Source of the DNA: Candidatus Hydrothermarchaeum profundi | GTDB lineage: Archaea; Hydrothermarchaeota; Hydrothermarchaeia; Hydrothermarchaeales; Hydrothermarchaeaceae | DNA length: 64,000 nt | NCBI GenBank assembly: GCA_002011125.2 | Contig: MTMF02000009.1 | Location: 192,001 to 256,000, forward strand | Reading direction: 5' to 3' | Part shown: positions 38,637 to 49,179 of the stretch, in pieces | Numbering within the stretch: the stretch's first letter is position 1 | Layout: the number at the start of each line of letters is the position of its first letter | The notes under the pieces: generated by a model | What the model saw: only the letters and a program-made list of their open reading frames with translations | The model's database searches: none | What the model was told of the DNA's origin: nothing | Position numbers and translations under genes: made by a program

Positions 38637-41087
38637 TCACTTCGTCTCCCATTTCTCTCTTGGTACGCCCTTATAATATATCGCGGAGCCCTTCTCTGCA
38701 AACCTCATATAATGTCCTATAGTAACCGTGTCATCCTTGTCAGGGGATATATAATGTTCTGGACCTTTGCCTATGCTTTTCAAGAACTCCTTTACTTTCT
38801 CAACAGCATCATCCGGATCTTGGTCAGGGCGGTAAACTCTCACTAGATTGCATTTGTATTGCACTTGAGTATAAAATGGGTCTTTAATTGTGTCGTCTAT
38901 CAGTTCGTTAACGTTTTGATACGGATAAAACGGCTGATATTTGTCAAATCCCTCAGGCATCCAACAAGATGCCTCATCTACCATCTCATTGACCCATGCA
39001 ACAGCGTATACTTTGCCATGGTCATTTTCAGCGATAACTAAATCACCGTCCTTTATCCCCAGCGTCTTCGCTGTGGAAGTATTGATGTTTATTATCATAT
39101 GAGTCTCTAGTTCTGATGTCCACGGCCACCAATGCCCCATTTCATGGAAGTGGGCGACGAGTCTTCCAGTTGTCAAATTTAGTGGATATCTCTCCCATAC
39201 GTCTGGCCTTGACACTGGGGTGCAGCTCGCTTCAATGTGCATTGGAAGCGGATTGAAGCCAAGTTGCTCTAAAGCCTCTGAGTAAAATTCTACTTTACCT
39301 GTAGGAGTTGGGAATCTTTTATCTGTCCCTGGATAGTTTACTCCCTCCTTATACATTATCCACTGAGCGCCTCTGATAGTGGCTTCTGGATCAGAGTACA
39401 TCATGGCCTCGTCCTTTGTCTCTGCCGGCCACATGACTCCTCCCTTCGGGGACTTCTCAGGATCCATACTATCCATCGTAATACCTGCCACAAAGCTCTC
39501 CTGAGAATGGAACCAGTCCTGACAAACACGCTCGTCTATAATTGTCTGCTCTTTATCCTTCCACCAGCTTTTACCATCTGGTGCATAATAGGCCTCGGCG
39601 AACTCAAATCTCTTAGCTAAGCCAGCCCAAAAATCTATATCGGCTCTGCATTCCCAGTTTCTCGGTATAACTTGGTTATGCCACTGGCAATGCCTATTAT
39701 TTCCATGATGCACCACTCCCTCATGCTCTAAGAAGCTTGTTATCGGGAAAGTGGCATGCATCCAGCTTCCAGTCTCATTTGGTGTGAAGGAGATATGCAC
39801 CCCACAATAAAGGTTTTTCATAAACTCCCTTACCTTATTGTTGTTAGGCCATTGGAGTATGTGATTACCATTCCAAATAAGACCTTTTATTGGATATGGC
39901 TTTCCTGTGTATCCGGGATTAATCATGCATGCCGATGCTGTATCCCCCCATGGTATGATTTTATCAGCCAATATGGGCTCCTTTATCTTTTGGATATACG
40001 GCCCTAAGTCTTTACCAGCACTTAACACTGGTCTACAATTATGTAGCCAGTTCCAGCCCCCTCCTTTTACTCCAACATTACCTGTGATAGCCACTAGGAA
40101 CTGATATCCTCTATTAGCTTGGGCTGCAGGATATTGCTGTGCCGTTCCTAAACAGCCTGTGAAGTGAGTCCTGCGTGGATAGGCGATTTTCTCTGCTGCA
40201 AGCCTAATGTCCTCGGCAGGTACCCATGTGATATTTTCTGCTTTCTCAGGCGTATAACCTTTCACGGACTCGGCGAACTTATCGAAGCCCACCGTCCATC
40301 TATCAATAAAATCGTGATCTATCCCATCTATCTCATGTATTAAAACATTCGCCAAAGTTAAAGTGAGATAAGAGTCCGTTGATGGTCTAATTCTTAACGC
40401 TAGATCCGCTTTTGCCATCGAGGCATTAAACCGTGGGTCAACACAAATGTAAAATGCTCCATTCTTATCTTGCGCCTCAAGATACCATTTTTCTGTAATT
40501 ATCTCCAACGCAGCAGCATTAGACCCTGCCTGAAATATTGTATCACTGTTCATAGCATCTTGACAGGGGTTCATGAGCCTTAGAAACTCTTTAGCTCCAA
40601 AAACATACTGACCAATAGCCCCAGGACTCTCGCAACAAAGGGGGCCCTGACCATATACATTCGGTGTACCGTACATTGCAAGAAACCTTGCTCCTCCTAG
40701 CTTATTTCCATAACTGCTTCTACCTGTTCTATGGCATCCAACAGTGTGTGCTCCCCATTTTTCTCTAATATATTTCAGTCTGTCTGCTACAAAATCCAGC
40801 GCTTCATCCCATGTTGCCCTTTTGAATTTTCCATTTACATTGTCCTCCCTAATCGCAGGATATTTATATCGAAGAGGGTTATAGGCATGCTGTATTTGAG
40901 CAGATCCCTTACAACAAAGTGAACCGTAATTTTGTGGATGTTCTTCATCCCCCCAAATGTCAACTATACGATTATCTTTAATGAAAATTTTCATGCCACA
41001 GCCGCTTTCACACATGTTATCGCAAGTCGTGTAACGGATAGTATCATAGTCTCTTATAGATTCCTGCGCCTGTTTTAAAAAAACCAC
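38637..41087 (-). CDS. Mo/W-bisPGD (DMSO reductase superfamily) oxidoreductase catalytic subunit, cytoplasmic
   Basis: CDNMCESGC...LCCKG FS0 motif, TWDEALD, FPTPTGKVEF, LTTGR..HFH C-terminal domain; no Tat leader; GTG start after GGAGGTGA. Confidence 0.9.
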   Translation of the reverse strand: MVFLKQAQESIRDYDTIRYTTCDNMCESGCGMKIFIKDNRIVDIWGDEEHPQNYGSLCCKGSAQIQHAYNPLRYKYPAIREDNVNGKFKRATWDEALDFVADRLKYIREKWGAHTVGCHRTGRSSYGNKLGGARFLAMYGTPNVYGQGPLCCESPGAIGQYVFGAKEFLRLMNPCQDAMNSDTIFQAGSNAAALEIITEKWYLEAQDKNGAFYICVDPRFNASMAKADLALRIRPSTDSYLTLTLANVLIHEIDGIDHDFIDRWTVGFDKFAESVKGYTPEKAENITWVPAEDIRLAAEKIAYPRRTHFTGCLGTAQQYPAAQANRGYQFLVAITGNVGVKGGGWNWLHNCRPVLSAGKDLGPYIQKIKEPILADKIIPWGDTASACMINPGYTGKPYPIKGLIWNGNHILQWPNNNKVREFMKNLYCGVHISFTPNETGSWMHATFPITSFLEHEGVVHHGNNRHCQWHNQVIPRNWECRADIDFWAGLAKRFEFAEAYYAPDGKSWWKDKEQTIIDERVCQDWFHSQESFVAGITMDSMDPEKSPKGGVMWPAETKDEAMMYSDPEATIRGAQWIMYKEGVNYPGTDKRFPTPTGKVEFYSEALEQLGFNPLPMHIEASCTPVSRPDVWERYPLNLTTGRLVAHFHEMGHWWPWTSELETHMIININTSTAKTLGIKDGDLVIAENDHGKVYAVAWVNEMVDEASCWMPEGFDKYQPFYPYQNVNELIDDTIKDPFYTQVQYKCNLVRVYRPDQDPDDAVEKVKEFLKSIGKGPEHYISPDKDDTVTIGHYMRFAEKGSAIYYKGVPREKWETK

Positions 41088-41266
41088 GTTTTCACCTCCA
41101 AGTAGGTATAGATGCACCAGAACTTACAGTGCGATATAGGAAAGAGTAGAAATAATTGTATAAATAACTTTACTCAAATATGGATTTGCTCACATAAATG
41201 CACAACTGTCGATAGATTATTCGAAAAAATAGATAGAGTATAAGTAAGATTAAAATTAAAAAAGAG

Positions 41267-41887
41267 GTGGGAAGAACATTGCAAATTTCATGCATAATAG
41301 TTGCTGGCGGAAAAAGTAGTAGGATGGGTTACGACAAAAAGTTTATTGAGCTTAATGGGTCTATCTTTCTAGAGTATGCTATTAGGGCAGCCGAGAAGAT
41401 AGCAGATGAGATAATAATTGTGGTAGGTTCTAACACACAAAAAGATGAAACCCGTAGGTTTACTCATCTTAAGATTGCAGTTGATAAAGAGCTTAATAGA
41501 GGCCCAGTAATGGGTATCCTCACAGGACTGGAAAACTGTAGCCACAATTACGCTGCTGTAATGCCGGTAGATACTCCCCTTATCAACCCTGAGATCTATA
41601 AGTACATGATTTCGTTGTCCCATAGCTTTGATGCGGTTATCCCTAAAGATGGTGAACATATAGAACCGATGCATGCGATTTATCATGTAAAAACAATGAC
41701 TACTGCCTGTAAAAAAGCGTTGAAAAAGGGGGAAGAATCTGCCTATTTAACCGTGAAATATCTTAAGAAAGTTATGTTCGTTCCGGTAGAAGAACTAAGA
41801 AAATTTGACGAAAATTTAATGACTTTCCGCAGCGTTAATACACCGGAGGATGTAAAGAAGCTTAAAGAAATGTTAAAAGGACGTTAA
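41267..41887 (+). CDS. mobA: Molybdenum cofactor guanylyltransferase
   Basis: AGGKSSRMGYDK, GPVMGI, EPMHAIY, VNTPED. Confidence 0.93.
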   Translation: MGRTLQISCIIVAGGKSSRMGYDKKFIELNGSIFLEYAIRAAEKIADEIIIVVGSNTQKDETRRFTHLKIAVDKELNRGPVMGILTGLENCSHNYAAVMPVDTPLINPEIYKYMISLSHSFDAVIPKDGEHIEPMHAIYHVKTMTTACKKALKKGEESAYLTVKYLKKVMFVPVEELRKFDENLMTFRSVNTPEDVKKLKEMLKGR

Positions 41888-41888
41888 A

Positions 41889-43130
41889 ATGGATGTTAGA
41901 ACCAGAGGTTTTTATAGGAGAACTCCTGTAGATGAAGCCCTAAATATCCTGCTCAAAAGAGTTTCCCCTATAGGGCAAGAATTTATCGATATAAGCGTAG
42001 CGGTAGGCAGAGTATTGGGGGAAGACTTAACCGCTAAGGAAGATATACCTCCATTCGATAGAGCTGCAATGGATGGATATGCAGTTAAGGGCGAGAATAC
42101 TTTTGGTGCTTCACAGACGAATCCCATTTATTTTAAGGTAATAGGAGAAGCCAGTATTGGAAAGCTCTCTAAACTAGAAGTTAGAGAATTTGAAGCGGTG
42201 CGGATAATGACGGGCTCTCCTATGCCTAAAGGAGCTAATGCTGTTGTTATGTTCGAGCATACAAACGAGTTAGACGGGGAAATTGAAGTACTAAAGCCAG
42301 TGCCTCCGGGTAAAAATGTATCTCGCAAAGGAGAGGATGTAAAAAAAGGTGGAACTCTACTTAAGAAAGGCAGAGTACTTAAACCTCAAGATGTGGGAAT
42401 GTTAGCTGCTCTAGGGATGAACCAGGTAAAAGTTCAAAAGAAACCGAGCGTATCCATCATATCTAGTGGAGACGAGCTTACTCCGCCTGGGGAGACGCTT
42501 CAAGAGGGAAAGATATACGATATTAACAGTTACTCCCTAGCATCATATGTGAAGAAGTTAGGCGGAATACCATATATTTTCGGAATTGTGAGAGATAAAG
42601 AAAAAGATATCTCTAATGCTATATTGAAGTCACTGCAACACGATATGATTATAATCAGCGGATCTACTTCGGTGGGTAAGAGAGATATAGTGCCAAAAAT
42701 TGTTTCAGAGATGGGTAAGATACTAGTTCACGGTGTAGCTATTCGCCCAGGTGAACCTACAGGGTTTGGTATTATATCGGATAAAATAGTTTTTATGCTC
42801 CCCGGCTATCCCGTCGCAGCTATAGTTGGATTTGAAACATTTGTTAGACCTGCTCTGCAAAAGATGCAAGGAACTGAGCTTAAAAGCCCTTACCCTAAGA
42901 TAAAAGCATATCTAAGCCGGAAGATATCATCAGAACTGGGGAGAAGAGACTTTGCAAGAGTCCGCATATGGAAAGAAGGAGATAAACTTATAGCAGAACC
43001 TGTTAGGACAAAAGGGTCAGGCATAATCTCAAGTTTGGTAAAAGCGGATGGGTTCATTATCGTGCCTGAGAATACAGAAGGATTGGAGAAAGGAACAGAA
43101 ATAGAGGTGAACTTGTTCGATAGGTATTGA
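41889..43130 (+). CDS. moeA: Molybdopterin molybdo/tungstotransferase
   Basis: PPFDRAAMDGYA, IMTGSPMP, SGDEL, LPGYP. Confidence 0.95.
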   Translation: MDVRTRGFYRRTPVDEALNILLKRVSPIGQEFIDISVAVGRVLGEDLTAKEDIPPFDRAAMDGYAVKGENTFGASQTNPIYFKVIGEASIGKLSKLEVREFEAVRIMTGSPMPKGANAVVMFEHTNELDGEIEVLKPVPPGKNVSRKGEDVKKGGTLLKKGRVLKPQDVGMLAALGMNQVKVQKKPSVSIISSGDELTPPGETLQEGKIYDINSYSLASYVKKLGGIPYIFGIVRDKEKDISNAILKSLQHDMIIISGSTSVGKRDIVPKIVSEMGKILVHGVAIRPGEPTGFGIISDKIVFMLPGYPVAAIVGFETFVRPALQKMQGTELKSPYPKIKAYLSRKISSELGRRDFARVRIWKEGDKLIAEPVRTKGSGIISSLVKADGFIIVPENTEGLEKGTEIEVNLFDRY

Positions 43131-43208
43131 ATTTCTTACCACAATTTTTTCTAAAGTTAAGCGTCGTTAAGTTTTGCGCAAAATATAAAATCAGAAAGGA
43201 GTGTTAAA

Positions 43209-43427
43209 ATGAAAGAACAAGTAGCTGAGGTTATTAGGCGCATAAGGCCAAACTTGCAGGCAGATGGTGGCGACATCGAATTAATAGATGTAAAGGATGG
43301 CGTCGTGAAAGTTAAGCTGACTGGAGCTTGTGGTAGCTGCCCAATGTCTCAGTTGACATTGAAACTGGGAGTAGAGGCAGCTATTAAAGAAAACGTGCCT
43401 GGAGTTGAAAGAGTAGAAACCGTTTAA
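43209..43427 (+). CDS. nfu: NifU/Nfu-domain Fe-S carrier
   Basis: [23 protein letters not shown]. Confidence 0.93.
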   Translation: MKEQVAEVIRRIRPNLQADGGDIELIDVKDGVVKVKLTGACGSCPMSQLTLKLGVEAAIKENVPGVERVETV

Positions 43428-44707
43428 GTATACTTCTTTAGAGATTTATCCAGAGAGCTTATAGCACATTCAACCTGCTCTTTAGTAATTACAAGGGGAG
43501 GTTGGAATCTGAGAGTGCAGTTGTAGTAGCCTCCTTTACCTATCAAAATTCCGTCTTCCCTCATTTTATTCTTAACCTTATCAGCAAGATCAACTAAAGG
43601 CTTTTTTGTATGTTGCTCCGCTAGCTCAACGCCTATCATCAGCCCTTTACCTCTCACATCACCAACAACAGGATATTTTTCCTTCAGTTCTAGTAGTTCA
43701 TTTTTAAAAAACTCACCGATTTTTTTGGAATTTTCTATTAACCCGTCTTCCTTAAGTGCTTTTATGTTACCGAGAGCAGCAGCGCAAGAAACCGGATTTC
43801 CACCAAATGTCGACAGATGGTCTCCTGACTCAAAGGCATCTGCAATTTCCTCCTTCGCTATAAAGGCGCCTAAGGGTAAACCTCCAGCGATACCTTTTGC
43901 GAGGGGCATTATATCAGGCTTTAGATCCCATATTTCAGATGCAAACATCCTGCCACATCTACCAAAGCCTGTTTGAACTTCATCCACTATAAAAAGAGAA
44001 TCATTCTCTTTGAGAATCTCGTGAATAATCCTAAAGTACTCTCCATCCGGGGGGTGGATTATCCCTCCTTCTCCTAAAACTGGTTCAATAAACATTCCAG
44101 CAACATCTCCGCTTGAAGTTGTGCCGATTATTCTCTCCAAGGACCTAGCACACTCTAGATCGCATTCAGGATATTCTAACCGATATTTACACCTAAAACA
44201 ATAAGGAGCATCGGCATAGGTTACCCCAGTTAAAAAGGGACCCATTTTATTCTTATATTTTTTCTGTCCTGTTAGAGTTAACGCACCAAAGGTCCTCCCA
44301 TGAAAGGAATACGTCAAAGAAATGAACTCCTTTTTCCCAGTATATTTCCTAGCAAGTTTCATTGCTCCTTCAACTGCCTCTGCTCCGCTGTTGGAGAAAA
44401 ATGATTTTTTTAGTCCCTCTGGAGTGATCTCTGCAAGTTTCTCTGCCAGTTCTCCAACAGTCTGCAGGTAATACACATAGGAGCAACAGTGGAGATGTTT
44501 CTCTAGCTGTTTCTTAATTGCCTCAATTACATGAGGATTCCGATGGCCAACATTAATCACGGATAATCCAGAAAAACAGTCAATATAAGTCCTCCCCTCA
44601 GTATCTTTTATAGTAGCCCCTTCGGCAGACTCTACTACAAAGGGATCCATTCCCTTAGATATAGGCATTATAAACTCTTCATACTGCTTTATGGTCTCCA
44701 TATCCAT
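43424..44707 (-). CDS. Class III PLP aminotransferase (GABA/omega-amine transaminase type)
   Basis: [37 protein letters not shown]; start moved to MDMET. Confidence 0.92.
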   Translation of the reverse strand: MDMETIKQYEEFIMPISKGMDPFVVESAEGATIKDTEGRTYIDCFSGLSVINVGHRNPHVIEAIKKQLEKHLHCCSYVYYLQTVGELAEKLAEITPEGLKKSFFSNSGAEAVEGAMKLARKYTGKKEFISLTYSFHGRTFGALTLTGQKKYKNKMGPFLTGVTYADAPYCFRCKYRLEYPECDLECARSLERIIGTTSSGDVAGMFIEPVLGEGGIIHPPDGEYFRIIHEILKENDSLFIVDEVQTGFGRCGRMFASEIWDLKPDIMPLAKGIAGGLPLGAFIAKEEIADAFESGDHLSTFGGNPVSCAAALGNIKALKEDGLIENSKKIGEFFKNELLELKEKYPVVGDVRGKGLMIGVELAEQHTKKPLVDLADKVKNKMREDGILIGKGGYYNCTLRFQPPLVITKEQVECAISSLDKSLKKYT

Positions 44708-44712
44708 CACCC

Positions 44713-45123
44713 TTAAGAAGTCTGTAATATAAGCGCGCCAGGATAACACCAAGATACACACTTAGGCTCTCCATTACAGACATCACATTTCATTGCCTTG
44801 TTAGCATCTTCATCCATATATATACCATTAAAGGGACATGCTGTAACACATGCGCGGCATCCAGTACACTTCTCTACATCTAACAGGGTTCTTCCTGTTT
44901 CTTCGTCTTTATAGAGAGCATCATATTTACATGCTATAATGCATGGAGGATTCTTGCACTGCCTACAGACTGCTGGAACACTTTCTGCATATTTGCTATC
45001 AACATTCACCTTAATCAATGCTTTTTCTGGCCAAAAAACTTCTCTCTTCTCCATCGAACAAGCAAGTTGACACAGCTTACAGCCAGTACACTTCTCTTTT
45101 ATGATTTTAACAAACATCCTCAA
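44713..45123 (-). CDS. 4Fe-4S ferredoxin subunit associated with AOR
   Basis: CTGCKLCQLAC, CRQC...C...C, CTGCRACVTACP, CDVC...CVSWC. Confidence 0.9.
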   Translation of the reverse strand: MRMFVKIIKEKCTGCKLCQLACSMEKREVFWPEKALIKVNVDSKYAESVPAVCRQCKNPPCIIACKYDALYKDEETGRTLLDVEKCTGCRACVTACPFNGIYMDEDANKAMKCDVCNGEPKCVSWCYPGALILQTS

Positions 45124-47063
45124 AGTCGCTCCACCTCCTCGGCGAGGTCTTCCATACCTAGCTCTATGAGCTTTTCTTTTTTCGGTATTCCATTTTCATC
45201 CCACTGCCTGAGTTCGTAATATTCCTCCAGCATCTTCTTGAAGTCCTTATACTTTATTTGAACTCCTTTAGTAGGTCCATCCTGAATCGGCTCATTGAAG
45301 ATCCGCCATGGAAGGGCTTCGTCATCTTTTCTCCTTAGTCCCTCACGAACATTGAATAATCGAGTCATGTTTATTATTCTCTCGCTTGTCCTCTCAAGCT
45401 CTCTCCTATCTCTAATATCGTCCCAACCTGTAGCTCTTGCTACTAAATCAGCAATCGGATCAGAAATTGGAGGTAACGCAAAATCACACATTATAGAAGA
45501 AAACTTTAGACCATAATGATGCTGTTGCCTATAAACGATGTATGCCTTACCCTCAGGATTCCATCTTTCAGTCTCAATTGGAATATTCTTCTCACCTTTT
45601 TCTGGGTCAGCATCCAACCAAAATGTACCCCATACTTCCACCCCTATAGGCCATGATCTGAGGTGGCATCCCCCCCTATCGGCTGTTGCATAGGCCAAAG
45701 GCATACTTATAGCAGCCCTAGGTTCATATGCTGGGAGCTCTAGTCCTTTCACTTGCATGGCAAATCTTTCAGAGCCTTTTCCAATCTTCTCAGACGCTCG
45801 TTTTACCCCCTCTGCCAACAGATCTCCTATACCTTCCCTTCTAGCAATCTTATTTACCATTGTGATCATTGCCTCTGAGTCCCCCCATCTCAACTCCACT
45901 CCGTCAAGGTCCTCCTTCGAAAGTATTCCTTTTTCGTAACACTCCATAGCCCAAGCTAATGTATTCCCAGTTGAAATTACGTCCATTCCCATCCTATCGC
46001 ACAGGAGATTTAACGCAACTACTGCCGGTAAGTCTGAAAGATTGCAGTTTGATCCTAACAATGCTAGGGTCTCATACTCCGGGCCTTCGACCATTGAGCC
46101 AGCATACGGGCCTTCCTCTACCTTGAGAAAATTGCTACACGCCATTGGACATTGAATGCAAGCCCTATTTCTGACTCTAAGTTTTTTAACAGCCTCTGGC
46201 CCCAGTTTCTCACCCATCTCTTTAAAAAATCCTGACTGGAAATTTTTGGTTGGAAGTGCCCCCACCTCATTCGTCCAACCAGATAACTCCGGAGTTCCTG
46301 CCTGATCTTTCCAGCTTATAGCAAAAAGTGAGTCTGGTTGCTCTATTAGATGCCGAGTTGTAGTCTCTTTTGCTGCTTCAACAAATCCTTCAGGATCTGC
46401 AACTTCAACCCTGCCTGTTCCCTTTACCGCTACTGCTTTTAAATTCTTTGAGCCAAAAACAGCTCCAGCTCCACCACGGCCGTGCTGCCGATAATACTCA
46501 TGATTAACCAGGGCATATCTGACAAGGTTTTCACCAGCTGGACCTATAGTTAGAACTGAGATATCTTTCCCGTATTTCTCCTTTAAGGCATCCTCTGTTT
46601 CGTGAGTATCTTTCCCCCATAAAGACTCTGCGTCTTCTATTTTTACTTTTTCATCTTTTATCCAAACATAACTGGGGTTCTCCGCTTTTCCTTCAACTAT
46701 TAACGCATCATATCCTGCGTATTTGAGTTCTGCTCCAAAATATCCTCCAGCAAAACTATCCAAGAAAATACCGGTAAGAGGAGACTTAGTTACTAGCGCA
46801 TACTTACCGCATGCTGGTGCAATTGTTCCTGTGAGAGGCCCGGTTACTATTATAGCTTTATTTTCCGGTGAAAGAGGATCGGTCCCTTTAGGTATCTCAT
46901 GGTAAAGCATTCTAGCGCCAAGCCCCATCCCTCCCACGTATTTACGTGCCCATTCAAGGTTTAAGGGTTCATCTACAGCTTCTTTGGTAGTCAAGTTTAC
47001 CCTTAATACCTTGCCCTTATATCCTCTAACAGATGTCATGATATAGTTTTTAACTAAAACCAA
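45120..47063 (-). CDS. aor: Tungsten aldehyde:ferredoxin oxidoreductase family protein
   Basis: KSPLTG, IGPAGE, GRGGAGAVFGSKNLKA, CIQCPMAC, EYET, D..GMD, RGGCH. Start may be Met at 47039. Confidence 0.93.
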   Translation of the reverse strand: MVLVKNYIMTSVRGYKGKVLRVNLTTKEAVDEPLNLEWARKYVGGMGLGARMLYHEIPKGTDPLSPENKAIIVTGPLTGTIAPACGKYALVTKSPLTGIFLDSFAGGYFGAELKYAGYDALIVEGKAENPSYVWIKDEKVKIEDAESLWGKDTHETEDALKEKYGKDISVLTIGPAGENLVRYALVNHEYYRQHGRGGAGAVFGSKNLKAVAVKGTGRVEVADPEGFVEAAKETTTRHLIEQPDSLFAISWKDQAGTPELSGWTNEVGALPTKNFQSGFFKEMGEKLGPEAVKKLRVRNRACIQCPMACSNFLKVEEGPYAGSMVEGPEYETLALLGSNCNLSDLPAVVALNLLCDRMGMDVISTGNTLAWAMECYEKGILSKEDLDGVELRWGDSEAMITMVNKIARREGIGDLLAEGVKRASEKIGKGSERFAMQVKGLELPAYEPRAAISMPLAYATADRGGCHLRSWPIGVEVWGTFWLDADPEKGEKNIPIETERWNPEGKAYIVYRQQHHYGLKFSSIMCDFALPPISDPIADLVARATGWDDIRDRRELERTSERIINMTRLFNVREGLRRKDDEALPWRIFNEPIQDGPTKGVQIKYKDFKKMLEEYYELRQWDENGIPKKEKLIELGMEDLAEEVERL

Positions 47064-47069
47064 ATATTA

Positions 47070-47708
47070 TTATTTCGGTAATACCTTTTTCGCTACAGCC
47101 ACAGCACTTTTAGAGTCTTCTCCATACCCGTCCGCTCCTATTTCCTCTGCATAGTCTTCTGTTATAGGAGCACCTCCTATTAGTACCTTAAACTCAGATC
47201 TAATCCCTTTATCCCTTAGGATTTCTATGAAATCCTTCATAGCGCCCATAGTCGTAGTCATCATCGCACTTAAACCAATTCCCTGAGCACTTTCTTTAAT
47301 AGCAGTTTCAATTATTTTCTCCAGAGGAACGTCGGCTCCTAGATCGATTATTTCGTAGCCGTTTACCTTTAGCATTATGGTGACTATGTTTTTACCTATG
47401 TCATGAATATCTCCTTCAACAGTCGCCATCACGATTTTAGGGCCTTTGCCATCTTTCTTTGAACTTAGTATATGAGGTTCAAGCACTTCTACAGCGGAAG
47501 TCATCGCATCGGCAGACATCAATACATGAGGCAAAAATATCTTACCCTTTTCAAATAACTCACCAACGACTCTCATCCCTGCCCCATATCCTTTTTCTAT
47601 AGCGTCTATTGGGTTTACTCCCTTTTCTAGCGACAATTTGGCTAACTCAACTGCCTTATCTACATCTCTCTCTATGATAGCCTCTTTCATTGACTCAAAT
47701 ATCTCCAT
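47070..47708 (-). CDS. mtbC: Methyltransferase cognate corrinoid protein (MtbC-like)
   Basis: Cap domain FLPHVLMSADAM, GDIHDIGKNIV B12-binding motif, SAMMTTT, GGAP. Confidence 0.9.
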   Translation of the reverse strand: MEIFESMKEAIIERDVDKAVELAKLSLEKGVNPIDAIEKGYGAGMRVVGELFEKGKIFLPHVLMSADAMTSAVEVLEPHILSSKKDGKGPKIVMATVEGDIHDIGKNIVTIMLKVNGYEIIDLGADVPLEKIIETAIKESAQGIGLSAMMTTTMGAMKDFIEILRDKGIRSEFKVLIGGAPITEDYAEEIGADGYGEDSKSAVAVAKKVLPK

Positions 47709-47777
47709 AGCGAGGGTATTTTTTACAAAGTTTGATTTATATGTTTCTGCCTATAATAATTGAAAAAGGGTGGTTAA

Positions 47778-49166
47778 ATGGAGTATAGAACGAGAAGTGG
47801 AAATGGGAAGATCATCAGCATGAAAAAAAGAGAAATAGTACGAGAAATAGAGGACGGAATAAACGATGCAACTGAACGCGCTGATATCGAGCCCCTGTCA
47901 GATTCTGAAGTTGAACATCTATTAGATATCCTACTCCAGAAAGACAAAGTAATAACCGTTAAAGCCGGAGACGAAGTCATTCTCACAAGAGATGGAGGGA
48001 CATTGAAGTATACCGGCTGCACCCGATATAGCGGCGTCCCATTATCAAGAGAACAGGCAGTGTGGGTTGGAGAGAGGATTCTCAGTCTTGATACTATGGA
48101 ATTGGGGCATATAGATTATAGTATCAAACCGGTTAAACCTATTGCTCATGATGAATCGAGTGTCCTCGAGAATATTTTGCTAAGCTCCATTATTCCTATC
48201 TTCTATGGAGCCATGCCAAACCTAGGGCTTTACTTCACTTCGCAAGGAGGGCAGTTTCCAGATTACTCAGCCTTAATGAACAAAGGAAAATTCAAAGAAT
48301 CTCAAGAAGCACTTTATGAAGCAGCCCAGAAGTTAATAGAGGATATAAAGTATGTTTCTAAAGTATTCTCTAAATCAGGAACTGATGGAATAAATCTAGA
48401 TACCGCAGCTGCTGCTGGCGACGCTGAATTTTTTGCTACGTTAAATGCAGTAGAGTTCATTAGCAGAGAAATTAAGATACCAGTACAAATTGGAATGGCA
48501 TCGGAACAAGTACTAGGTCTCCACTGCGAGCTAAAATACAAGGGGGAACTATTGGCAGGGGCATATCCACATATACAAGGAAAGCTAGCTGAAAGAGCTG
48601 GAGCCACTATATTTGGGCCTGCAATAAATACTAAGGTCTCTAAGTCTTTTCCATGGAACCTTGCTAGAGCGCTTACCTTCGTGAAGAGATGCATAAAGGA
48701 CTTAAAGATACCCATCCATGTTAACATGGGGATGGGAGTAGGAGGGATTCCTATGAGTGACGTGGCTCCAATGGACTCGGTTTCTCGGGGGGCTAAGGCT
48801 ATGATAGAGATAGCTAGAGTTGACGGCATATAGCTAGGAGCAGGAGATGTTGGAGGAGTAGACATGACTTATAGGGTATGCTCTGGCATGGGGGGAATAA
48901 GAACTTCTGGAGACCTAGTTGCTCGAGTGCAGCTGAGTAAAAAAGTGAAACTAAAAAAAGCTAAGGAATATGTAGCAAAAAAACTGGGTGTCGCCGTTGA
49001 AGTCTTATCTGACGAGTTCGGTATGAAAAAAATTAGAGAGGAATTAGATATCGGTTCTCCATTGGCTACCACATATAAATCGAAGGGTATAATCGCCAAG
49101 AAAAATATCGCAGAGATACTCGATCTGCCTATACCCTCTGTAGAAAGATCCTTTATTTCTTCATAA
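47778..49166 (+). CDS. mtbB: Dimethylamine methyltransferase MtbB-family protein with in-frame UAG (pyrrolysine) at codon 352; 462 aa
   Basis: ORFs 47778-48833 and 48864-49166 share a frame, joined by TAG-CTA-GGA-GCA-GGA-GAT... giving VDGI(O)LGAGD versus VDGI(O)IGVGD in Methanosarcina MtbB; ELGHIDYS.KPVKP, YGAMPN.GLY and GDLVAR conserved. Confidence 0.92.
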
Positions 49167-49179
49167 AAATAAGTAAAAA

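Noticed and set aside
48864-49166. Separate 100-aa gene, or mtbB as a nonsense pseudogene
   Set aside because: Same frame as the upstream ORF and the TAG sits at the conserved Pyl position; best read as one gene.
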